Virus record (IMG/VR): IMGVR_UViG_3300043811_000050
Span: 1-64,000 of that record
Reading direction: 5' to 3' (one strand)
Length of the DNA: 64,000 nt
Origin: a virus
The position numbers and the translations under genes are program-made. Shown piece by piece: positions 28,329 to 36,874 of this stretch. Within the stretch, counting starts at the first letter, position 1. Each line of letters starts with the position of its first letter. Below the pieces are notes generated by a model. It was not told the origin of the DNA and did not search any database. It saw only the letters and a program-made list of their open reading frames with translations.

Positions 28329-28520
28329 TCAGTCCCCCGTCATTACGGCCAGCGCCTGCGACATGCGGTAGTGGACCGCCTGCACGAGCTGCAGCTCGAA
28401 GGCCTCGCGCGCGGCGCGCAGCGCCTCGGCGTGGACGTCCTGGGTAGCCGCCTGGGCGGCGTCCAGTTTCTCCAGCAGCGTGCGAAGGCTCTGCGTCTTG
28501 GTTTTGACTAGCTGGTTCAT
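28329..28520 (-). CDS. Hypothetical protein
   Basis: AGGAG RBS downstream of a promoter. Confidence 0.5.
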   Translation of the reverse strand: MNQLVKTKTQSLRTLLEKLDAAQAATQDVHAEALRAAREAFELQLVQAVHYRMSQALAVMTGD

Positions 28521-28575
28521 GGTGATTCTCCTGTGATGCCGGGGTCCCATCCCCGACAATTCCGATAATACGCCT

Positions 28576-28593
28576 CTTGATAAAAATATCAAG
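28576..28593. promoter_or_regulatory. Palindromic operator overlapping a leftward promoter
   Basis: CTTGATA-AAAA-TATCAAG; minus strand TTGATA-N16-TATTAT. Confidence 0.75.
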
Positions 28594-29229
28594 CCCTTTG
28601 ATGCTGATTTTTTAAAAAAGTTCAGCCATAACCATGGTGCTGCCGGCTGAGGTCCCAGTCAACCTGCCACCGCGCCTCAAGGTCGCGACGGGCCGCTGCT
28701 TCGGTGGCGAAAGTGCCGTAGACGCGGCCCCGGACGACCAGAAACCAGCCCTCGAGGAGCTGGAACACTTGGTCTTGGACGTGGAGAGGTTCCATAACAT
28801 TCGTTATCCAGTTTCGGTTCCCGCTGTCGCGGCTAGGACTTGTTGTGGCTCCGCCATAAGGCATGAGCCCGCCCAAAACAGTACCCTCCGATAAAGAACA
28901 ACGCGGCGATCACTATGAGCCCAATCATATTGGCAGTCCTCCCGTCGTCAGCATCATCCAGAACCCGCCTGCGGCGAGGAAGCCGCTTATCGCGGCCACC
29001 TCGATCGCTGTGATGAGGGCCTCGCGGATCATTTGGATGGCACCGTAGGCATGATGCGCAGATCGCCACAATTGCCAGGACCAATGTATTCAACGTTCGA
29101 TCCGGCACCGAGATAGGCCGCGCGGCCTACAATCGCGAATAGGTAGCCATGGTTGGCTGCGGTCTGAAGGTTGATTTCGATCCGTGTCATTTCTGTATTC
29201 CCCGTTGCTGATGACTGGACTATACACCT

Positions 29230-29247
29230 CTTGATATTTTTATCAAG
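29230..29247. promoter_or_regulatory. Palindromic operator overlapping a leftward promoter
   Basis: CTTGATA-TTTT-TATCAAG; minus strand TTGATA-N16-TATAGT. Confidence 0.75.
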
Positions 29248-29251
29248 CCCC

Positions 29252-29653
29252 TCACTGATCTTTTTTCAAAATTCTTTCCACTGCCTCCCAGTCCCACCGC
29301 CCCGGCCACCCTTCCTCCCGCAGCATCGGCCTTATGGCCTTGAGCCCCCCGGTCTTGAGCCCTTTGGCGTCCTTGCCACGGTACAGCCACAGCTCATCTA
29401 TCCGCCGGACGGCAATGAACACCCGTCCACCCAACCGCGCCCGCCGGTCAATCCATGCAACCTGGAACGGCCAGGACTTGGTCTTTGGGATCACCCATCC
29501 TTTGGTCTGCTTGTATTCAATCCATCCCTGGATGCCACCGGGAAAACAGAACTCGCTGTCTGGTATCCCACGCTCTGTCTGCCCGGACTCGATTGAAGTC
29601 CACTGCGCGGACTTGATGTGCTTGCGGAACAGCTGGCGGAGTCCACCGTCCAT
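29252..29653 (-). CDS. VRR-NUC/Holliday-junction-resolvase-like nuclease
   Basis: GIPD...WIEYK...Q.AW...R...GG PD-(D/E)XK pattern. Confidence 0.75.
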   Translation of the reverse strand: MDGGLRQLFRKHIKSAQWTSIESGQTERGIPDSEFCFPGGIQGWIEYKQTKGWVIPKTKSWPFQVAWIDRRARLGGRVFIAVRRIDELWLYRGKDAKGLKTGGLKAIRPMLREEGWPGRWDWEAVERILKKDQ

Positions 29654-29685
29654 TGTGAGGTCCTTTAGGCCATTTAAGCAGGGGC

Positions 29686-29714
29686 TTGCTTTTTTATTTT
29701 ACCCGTTTTATCCT
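29686..29714 (+). promoter_or_regulatory. Rightward sigma70-like promoter of the replication operon
   Basis: TTGCTT-N17-TATCCT upstream of an AGGAG RBS. Confidence 0.55.
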
Positions 29715-29737
29715 ATGGGTCCACACAGGAGGTTAGC

Positions 29738-29941
29738 ATGGAAAAAAAACCGTACTGCCTTCGCGGCCCGATGTACCGACTTAGACATGGTGATGAAGTC
29801 CGCACGACCTATGACATGGTCGGACGCGTTGTTGAATTTCCAAAGAGCGCCCCCGGATTGGTCCTTCTCCAATTCCCCGACGGGAAAAAGGCCCTCCATC
29901 ATATTGACTATTTAAGATTTGAGCATAGGGGGCAGGCATGA
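29738..29941 (+). CDS. Hypothetical protein
   Basis: RBS present; first gene after the promoter. Confidence 0.5.
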   Translation: MEKKPYCLRGPMYRLRHGDEVRTTYDMVGRVVEFPKSAPGLVLLQFPDGKKALHHIDYLRFEHRGQA

Positions 29942-30531
29942 ACACCCCCAGCGCGGCCTTGGCCGCAGCAATAACAAACGCCAGACTTGCCCTCAACCCG
30001 GATAAGCTCGACCGCCTGCGCGAGGCCACGAAACACTTACGTAACCTGACACTCGAGGCCAACGACCTCGAAGTCCAGCTCAAGTCCCGCAAGGGCGAAA
30101 TCGACACCATGACCAAGTCGACCCTTCCCGCCCTATTCGAGGAAGCCGGCGTCACATCCATCGGCATCGAGGCCGAGGGCAATATGCCGGCCTATGAGGC
30201 CAGGACGCAGCCCTATTATCACGCTAATATCAAAGCGGACTGGGAGCCGGAAAAGAAGAACGAGGCATTCACCTGGCTGACGGACCACGGGCACGGTGAC
30301 CTTATCAAAGCGGTCATCACCGTTGAGTTCGGCCGTGGTGAATATGGCACCATGAAGAAGGTCGAGGATTGGCTCAGGGAGTCCAAGGTGGTTTACACCA
30401 ACGACCGTGCGGTTCCCTGGGCCACCTTAACCGCATTCGTGAAAGAACAGATCACAAAGCACAATACCATTCCGCCCTTGGAAACCTTGGGAGCGACAGT
30501 GGGGAAAGTGGTTAAGTTAAAGCAGCTATAA
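29938..30531 (+). CDS. Conserved phage replication-module protein
   Basis: Coiled coil plus AF.WL...GHGDLIK and V...TL.AFVKE motifs, common upstream of phage SSB-like genes. Confidence 0.6.
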   Translation: MNTPSAALAAAITNARLALNPDKLDRLREATKHLRNLTLEANDLEVQLKSRKGEIDTMTKSTLPALFEEAGVTSIGIEAEGNMPAYEARTQPYYHANIKADWEPEKKNEAFTWLTDHGHGDLIKAVITVEFGRGEYGTMKKVEDWLRESKVVYTNDRAVPWATLTAFVKEQITKHNTIPPLETLGATVGKVVKLKQL

Positions 30532-30760
30532 GTATAATGCGATGGCGTAACTATCAAGAATGGAGAGATGAGATGATCTTTATAGGACCACTATTATCGC
30601 TTATAGGATTATGCATAGCGATATCTTCCGGGCAGACATGGTCGATTGTTTTTTGCTCAGAACAGACTGGACATGCAGGAATTGGTTGAGAGGCCAATCT
30701 TGAGCCAGCCGGAGACGTGACAGCCCGGAGAGACGGGGCACAATTTAACAGGAGGTACCA

Positions 30761-31555
30761 ATGGCAAGTGCAAAGGTAAAGGAACGTCAGGAACCCGTAC
30801 CCATCAAGCACGTCGGCCCCCCGGCCGAGCTCGCCAACCGCTTTGCCGCCGACGCTGGCAAGGGGCTGTCGACCGATCAAGCGGACAATATGGTTCCGTT
30901 GATCTATTTGTTGCAGGCCGGCAGCCCGCAAGTCAAAAAGGGCGACCCCAACCGCATTGAAGGGGCCGAGGCCGGCGACTTCTGGCTGCGCAACGCGACT
31001 GATCCTATTATCAAGGGCGAAGACGGGCTGCTGTTTCAGCCTTGCTACTTTGAGAAAGATTTTGTTGAATGGCAGCCCAACCGCCAAGGCCTCGTGGCCC
31101 GTCATCGGGATATTCCCAACGATGTCACCGAAGAACCACACCCGAAAAATCCAAACCGAAAGATCCTGGTCAGGGAAAATGGCAACGAGATAGCCGAAAC
31201 CCGTTACCATATCGGCCGGATTCTTAACCGTGACCCTCCATTGTCCTACATCATTACTTTCACCTCTACCGGCCATACAGTCTCCCGCAACTGGATGTTC
31301 ATGATGAACAGCAAGCAGTACCGGGGGGTCAAAGTTCCGTCATTTGCCCGCAGCTATTGGCTCAACACCTTGGTCAAGACCAAAGGGCCGGACAGCTGGT
31401 TCATGGTAACGGTCAAGGACGGGGATTGGGTATCGGCCGAGGACTATGCGGCGGGAGAGGCGCTGTACAATGCCTTCAACACCGGGGCCAAGGTGGCCGA
31501 GGCGCCGGCGGCGACCGAACCGGGGGCGGTGGAGCGGGACGAGGTGCCGTTTTAA
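30761..31555 (+). CDS. ssDNA-binding/annealing protein
   Basis: P.I.LLQ..SPQV and SR.W motifs; acidic C-terminus DEVPF. Confidence 0.65.
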   Translation: MASAKVKERQEPVPIKHVGPPAELANRFAADAGKGLSTDQADNMVPLIYLLQAGSPQVKKGDPNRIEGAEAGDFWLRNATDPIIKGEDGLLFQPCYFEKDFVEWQPNRQGLVARHRDIPNDVTEEPHPKNPNRKILVRENGNEIAETRYHIGRILNRDPPLSYIITFTSTGHTVSRNWMFMMNSKQYRGVKVPSFARSYWLNTLVKTKGPDSWFMVTVKDGDWVSAEDYAAGEALYNAFNTGAKVAEAPAATEPGAVERDEVPF

Positions 31556-31621
31556 CTGTTAAAACAGTTTCAAACTTCCAGCCCTGGCTAATAAAGCCAG
31601 GGCATTCACAGGAGAACAAAA

Positions 31622-32122
31622 ATGGAAATGATGGCTGCTAGACAAGGACAGACCAAGGTGACCGGAGACGCCAAGGCGGCCGGGGACCAGGGCCCAGTGT
31701 TTATTGACGAAGACATTGTCAAGGGAAACGAGAACTTGACCCTTGGCCCAGGCTACTTTTCTGCCCGTCGTTTTGCCCAGAAAGTCACGGCTGATTTTCA
31801 GGCCGAGTTCTTTGAGCCCTTGCTCAAGGACTTCGAAACCCGATTTATCATGCGCCTGTGGGACGCGGTTACTGACAGTCTGATCAAGGATACCGAGTAT
31901 AATATTCAGAGCCATGTTTGGCGCACCGTCGATGACATTATAAAGGGGCTACTTTCCGGCGAAACCTGGATCATGCGCAAGTATGTCCTGGGGGAGAAGT
32001 ATGATTGTGAAAAGGTGCGCGCTACGGTGGCTCATTACGTGCCGGCAGAGCTGCAGGACAAGAGAATAGCCGAGCTGGAGGAAGAAATCCAAGAGCTGCG
32101 AAAGCGGCTGGATTATAAATAA
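31622..32122 (+). CDS. Hypothetical protein
   Basis: AGGAG RBS. Confidence 0.55.
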   Translation: MEMMAARQGQTKVTGDAKAAGDQGPVFIDEDIVKGNENLTLGPGYFSARRFAQKVTADFQAEFFEPLLKDFETRFIMRLWDAVTDSLIKDTEYNIQSHVWRTVDDIIKGLLSGETWIMRKYVLGEKYDCEKVRATVAHYVPAELQDKRIAELEEEIQELRKRLDYK

Positions 32123-32257
32123 ACACGCGGTCCAAGTGCGGCCTTGAATGCCCGGAGCCTGGCATTCTAAGAAGTGGGCGCCCGCCCCCTCCTGTGGGGT
32201 CAGTACTTGGGGAAACTCCGGCGCGGAGCCGCATTTTATTAAGAAAGAGCCACGGGT

Positions 32258-32440
32258 ATGGCACTAATTGCTTTTACTGTGAGTAAAGACGATGTGGCAC
32301 TAATTGCTGCCGCGCCGGATATGCTGGCAGCACTGCGAATTGTCACGGCTCAATTAACTACAATAGATAACGAGGAAGCGTGCAACGCAGTACGCATCGC
32401 CATCAGCAAAGCGGAAGGAAAAGCCTGCCATGGACCATAA
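32258..32440 (+). CDS. Hypothetical protein
   Basis: LIAAAPDMLAAL motif common in phage small proteins. Confidence 0.5.
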   Translation: MALIAFTVSKDDVALIAAAPDMLAALRIVTAQLTTIDNEEACNAVRIAISKAEGKACHGP

Positions 32441-33961
32441 ACCATTCATCTGGGACCTCTTCGCCGGCTACACCAAGGCCTACGGCCGCTATGACCTTAG
32501 CAAGCAACGCACCAACGACCGGGGCAAGGTGGAAGGCAAGGCGCTCACAATCAAGGAACCGGTAACACAGGCGCTATGGGAGGCCCATTTGGCAGGACAT
32601 GGACCAGGGCTCGGAATCATTCCGCTGCGGACGGACAATACCGTCATCTGGGCCTGTATTGATATTGATATTTATAATCTTGACCTCGCAGCCCTTGAGG
32701 CCAAAATCCATAAGCTCCAACTGCCGCTGGTCATAGTGCGAACCAAAAGTGGTGGCGCCCATTGCTTCCTGTTCCTGGAGAAACCAACGCCGGCCAAGGA
32801 CGTCCGCAATACCATGGAATCCTGGGCCGCCGCCCTCGGGCATGGAGGTTGCGAAATCTTTCCCAAGCAGACTAGCCGCTACGATGAGGACCACGATCTC
32901 GGCAACTGGTTAAATATGCCATATTACTATGCCGAAAAGACCTTGCGTTATGGGATTCGGGATGGGCAGCGGCTGTCACTGGATGAGTTTGTGGAGTATG
33001 CATGGGGGAAGCGGGTTGATCTGGAAACCATTCCAAGCCCTTTAGCTCAGAGGAGGACAGCTCAAATAATTTCAATGAAGGCCCACCCTGTCTTCAGCAC
33101 CTAGAACGTATGGGCGGTTTCCCGGAACATCGCAACGACGGCATGTACAACGTGGCAGTCTACCTGCGCAAGCGGTTCCCGGATGACTGGCAGGACAGAA
33201 TCCAAGAGTATAATGTCAGAATGTGCACCCCGCCGCTGACCCTTTCCGAACTAAACACAATAGTAAAATCTGTTGGCAGCAAGGCTTATGGCTACCGTTG
33301 CAAGCATCAACCCATTGCTGCCCATTGCCATCGACGCTCTTGCCTGGGCCGCACCTATGGGGTCGGGGAAACTGGGGAAGGCGGCACCCAGCCAGAAATA
33401 GGGTCCATTACCAAATATGTCGGGGACCCCGTGCTGTGGTTCCTGGAAATCAGCAACACCAGGATTATGCTGACGACGGAGGAGCTGCTTAACCAGAACC
33501 TGTTCAAGAAAAAAGTGGTCGACAGCAACATCAATAGAATTCCCGCCACTCTGCCCCCGGCCCGCTGGGGCAAGTTCGTGGATGAGAAGCTGCGGTCATG
33601 CGAGATCGTAGAAGTACCAGTCGACGCCAGTCCCACCGGGCAGTTCCAGATGCTGGTCGAGCAATTTGCCACCGGACAGGCCCAGGCCACCTCAAAAGAG
33701 GAACTGGTTCATCGCCATTCACCGTTCAAGGCCGGGGATGGCGAAGTATGGTTCCGCTCCCGCGGCCTGCTGGAATACCTGGCGCTCCATAGTTTCAAAT
33801 ACAAATCCGAGCACCATGTCTGGCAAATGCTGCGCGACATGAAGGGGGAAAGCCGGCTGGTCAAGATCAAGGGAAAAAACTATAATATATGGGTGATACC
33901 GGAGCCGGAGCGGGGAGCTGAGGACACGCCGCTGCCGGAGTTCGGGACGAAGGAGTTTTGA
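32430..33961 (+). CDS. AEP-superfamily primase, split by a -1 frameshift at about 33038-33044
   Basis: DID, TKSGGAH, EIFPKQ and GNWLNMPY in frame 1; GPPCL..RNDGMYN (PriCT-like) and Cys/His cluster in the -1 frame. Confidence 0.85.
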
Positions 33962-33965
33962 AACA

Positions 33966-34163
33966 ATGAGACAGTTTGACCATGTAAGATTAGTGAAAAT
34001 AAAAATACCGCCTAATGAGTATCAATTATCCGATATCTATATTGGATGCACTGGGTACATAATAGAAGTTAAGGAAGGATTAGGCCGCCTTGTTTTGGAC
34101 GCTGGGCCATCTTTATGGTGCGACGATGAAATGATAGAAACCGTAGAGGACGGCAAGCTATGA
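33966..34163 (+). CDS. Hypothetical protein
   Basis: Small AT-rich ORF. Confidence 0.45.
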   Translation: MRQFDHVRLVKIKIPPNEYQLSDIYIGCTGYIIEVKEGLGRLVLDAGPSLWCDDEMIETVEDGKL

Positions 34164-34387
34164 ACGACTTGGGGGACGCGGACGTGCAGATTTTCATCTT
34201 GATCGTCGCCGCCATGGCATACGTTGGAGCCGCTGCTGGTTTTTACAGCGTGTTGGAAGAGGTCCATCTTAACATGGCAAAGAAATATACAAGTTGGCAA
34301 GTGCAGTTCGGGCGCGTCACCGTCGCAATGTGCTGGCCCGCCATTGCGGCCTATGTTTGGGCTAAAGAATACTTAGGTCGCCGATAA
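34160..34387 (+). CDS. Small membrane protein
   Basis: Two hydrophobic segments. Confidence 0.5.
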   Translation: MNDLGDADVQIFILIVAAMAYVGAAAGFYSVLEEVHLNMAKKYTSWQVQFGRVTVAMCWPAIAAYVWAKEYLGRR

Positions 34388-34402
34388 CTCAGGAGACAAG
34401 CC

Positions 34403-34945
34403 ATGAACATCATGCTCGATTTGGAGACTTGGGGGATGCGGCCGGGGTGTGCGATTCGCAGCATCGGCGCCATAGCGTTCGATTTTAATATTGCTGGTGA
34501 GGCTGCAGTATTCTACCGCAATATTGACGAACTGAGCTGCAGGGAAGCGGGGCTTGTATTCGAGAAAAGCACAATCGATTGGTGGAACCAGCAATCGAAA
34601 GAGTCGATAGACGCCCTGGGCGTCGCCCCGAAGCCACTGCTGATCATCGTGCGAGAGTTCAAGGGATGGTGGGCGAAGCTCGCCGCCGACAAGGTATGGT
34701 CGCAAGGGGCCAACTTCGACTCAGTCCTGTGGGAGTTCGCATGCCGTGCCGTAGGCCTTGAGGCACCATGGCGATTCTTCAACGTGCGTGACACCAGGAC
34801 GCTCTACGATGCTGCTGGGCTCAATTACCAAGCAGTTCCTCGTGAAGGCATCGAACACCACGCCCTCGACGATTGCCGACACCAGATCATGCTCTGCCGC
34901 ATGGCGTGGCAGACAATCAAGAGCAGGACAAAGGCGCCAGCATGA
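34403..34945 (+). CDS. DEDDh 3'-5' exonuclease (Rv2179c-like)
   Basis: DLET, GANFD, RDTRT and HHALDD motifs. Confidence 0.9.
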   Translation: MNIMLDLETWGMRPGCAIRSIGAIAFDFNIAGEAAVFYRNIDELSCREAGLVFEKSTIDWWNQQSKESIDALGVAPKPLLIIVREFKGWWAKLAADKVWSQGANFDSVLWEFACRAVGLEAPWRFFNVRDTRTLYDAAGLNYQAVPREGIEHHALDDCRHQIMLCRMAWQTIKSRTKAPA

Positions 34946-36417
34946 GAACCCACATCATCTACGGTCCTCCCGGCACTGGCAAAACCACGACTCTGCTTGA
35001 CGAAGTGGATGCTGCCCTGCAGGTCGGAGTCGACCCCAGTCGCATCGGATTCTTCACCTTCACCCGCAAGGCGGCCAATGAGGCCATTACGCGGGCAACC
35101 AGTCGTTTCCCCTATACCCAGGACGATTTCCTCTGGTTCCGCACGCTGCATTCGGCCGCCTTCAAGCTGCTGGGTCTGCGGCGTGACGAAGTCATGGGAA
35201 CCAGCCATTACCGCGAGCTGGGGGCAGCGCTGGGATGCTTTACCTTCCGGCACAGCTATGGGGCAACAATCGAGCGTCCACCCCAGGACGGTGGCCTTGG
35301 TGACCGTGCCCTGTCCATCTATTCCCTGGCCAGGGCCAAGCAGGTCTCCGTCGAGCAGGCCTGGCGCGAAGCAGTCGATCCGCGCATCAGCCTACAGGAC
35401 GTCCTGCGGTTTTCCAGCGCACTGAACGAATACAAAAAAGCCATGGCCATCTTGGACTTTAACGATTTCATGGATCACGAAAGCCACGGCCCGCTTGATC
35501 TCGACCTCATGATCCTTGATGAAGGCCAGGACTTTACACATCAGCAATGGGAGTTCGCCCGCCGCATCGGAGCCATGGCAAAGCGCATCATTATCGCGGG
35601 CGACGATGACCAGACCATATTTGAATGGTCGGGCGCCGACTTGCAAAGTTTTCTGAGTTTCAAGGGCGAAATGAAGGTGCTGCCGCGGTCGTGGCGCCTG
35701 CCACAGAAGATATGGCTGAAGGTCGAGAGCATTTCCCGGCAGATCAAGGTCAGGCGGCCGAAGAGTTGGCAGGCCAAGAGCAATGAGCAAGGGGAAGTCC
35801 ATTACCTCGACCACTTCGACCAGATACCACTGCGTGGGGTGTCCTCGTGGCTGCTGCTGACCCGTAATGTCTACCAATTGCCGGCTCTAGTCAAAGCGTG
35901 CCGAGACCAGGGCGTGGTCTACCAGCACGAGGGGGAGTGGTCAAACCGGGCTGCCTCAGTGCGCGCGGTTGTGGCCTATGAGCGTTTGCGGCGGGGCGAG
36001 ACGCTCAGCGGAATCGAAGCCGGACTGGTGGTGCGGCATATCAGCGGCATGGAGCCACTGGCCGAGCCGCAAAAGAAATTCGCCTGGAACGATCTGACAT
36101 TCCCATTCCAAGGCCGGCCGGACTGGATGGCCGCCCTGACGGCACTGGGGACCGACGAGCGCGAATACATACGCCGCCTGCGGCGCGAGGGCGAACCACT
36201 CAGCAAGCCAGGGCGAGTGGTCATAAGCACCATCCATGGCGCCAAGGGGGGCGAAGCCGACTGCGTCATGGTTAGCCCCGACATCACCAAGCGCGTCATG
36301 ATGGGAATGCAGCACGATCGCGACCAGGAGATGCGGGTGTGGTATGTTGCGGCGTCGCGGGCTCGGGAGCGGCTGTACTTGGCAAAGCCGCAGACGACAA
36401 GGTTTGTGGAGCTATAG
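34942..36417 (+). CDS. UvrD/Rep-like SF1 helicase
   Basis: GPPGTGKT, DEGQD, GDDDQ, TIHGAKGGE and YVAASRA. Confidence 0.92.
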   Translation: MRTHIIYGPPGTGKTTTLLDEVDAALQVGVDPSRIGFFTFTRKAANEAITRATSRFPYTQDDFLWFRTLHSAAFKLLGLRRDEVMGTSHYRELGAALGCFTFRHSYGATIERPPQDGGLGDRALSIYSLARAKQVSVEQAWREAVDPRISLQDVLRFSSALNEYKKAMAILDFNDFMDHESHGPLDLDLMILDEGQDFTHQQWEFARRIGAMAKRIIIAGDDDQTIFEWSGADLQSFLSFKGEMKVLPRSWRLPQKIWLKVESISRQIKVRRPKSWQAKSNEQGEVHYLDHFDQIPLRGVSSWLLLTRNVYQLPALVKACRDQGVVYQHEGEWSNRAASVRAVVAYERLRRGETLSGIEAGLVVRHISGMEPLAEPQKKFAWNDLTFPFQGRPDWMAALTALGTDEREYIRRLRREGEPLSKPGRVVISTIHGAKGGEADCVMVSPDITKRVMMGMQHDRDQEMRVWYVAASRARERLYLAKPQTTRFVEL

Positions 36418-36430
36418 TGAGGAGTTCATA

Positions 36431-36874
36431 ATGGGCTGGTGGCATAATATCGCCGATGGCAGACTCCCTGACTTCATAATTGGGGATAAGGATAATCCAT
36501 ATCTTCGCCGCTGGTGGATCATCCCACGCAACAATTTTGCCAATGCCTATTTGCATCAGTTCCTGCGATCGGACGATGAGCCGCTACATGACCATATGTA
36601 TATTAACCTGAGCTACCTGCTTGAGGGCGCTTATGTAGAACACACAATTGCCCAAGGTGGCGTGCACCATGCACAGCGTTATTCGGCCGGCGACTTCCGC
36701 TTCCGCTTGCCTTGGACAGCACATCGTATTGAAATCAAGGAGCCATGCTGGTCTCTCTTTCTGACTGGCCCTCGTGTCCGGGAGTGGGGCTTCCATTGTC
36801 CAAAAGGCTGGCGCCACTGGCGCGAATTTACTGATGAACGTGACGCTGGGGCAATTGGGAAAGGATGCGAATAA
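36431..36874 (+). CDS. Cupin-fold hypothetical protein
   Basis: YLH.F.RSD...HDH...L.G.Y.E...HR...W.LF.TGP. Confidence 0.65.
   Translation: MGWWHNIADGRLPDFIIGDKDNPYLRRWWIIPRNNFANAYLHQFLRSDDEPLHDHMYINLSYLLEGAYVEHTIAQGGVHHAQRYSAGDFRFRLPWTAHRIEIKEPCWSLFLTGPRVREWGFHCPKGWRHWREFTDERDAGAIGKGCE

Noticed and set aside
28576-29247. Invertible segment or recombinase sites (palindrome cores are reverse complements)
   Set aside because: Flanks are in direct orientation, no recombinase gene is in the window, and each site coincides with a promoter; an operator is the simpler reading
31581-31603. Terminator after the SSB-like gene
   Set aside because: Perfect 9-bp stem but no U-tract; may only stabilise the mRNA
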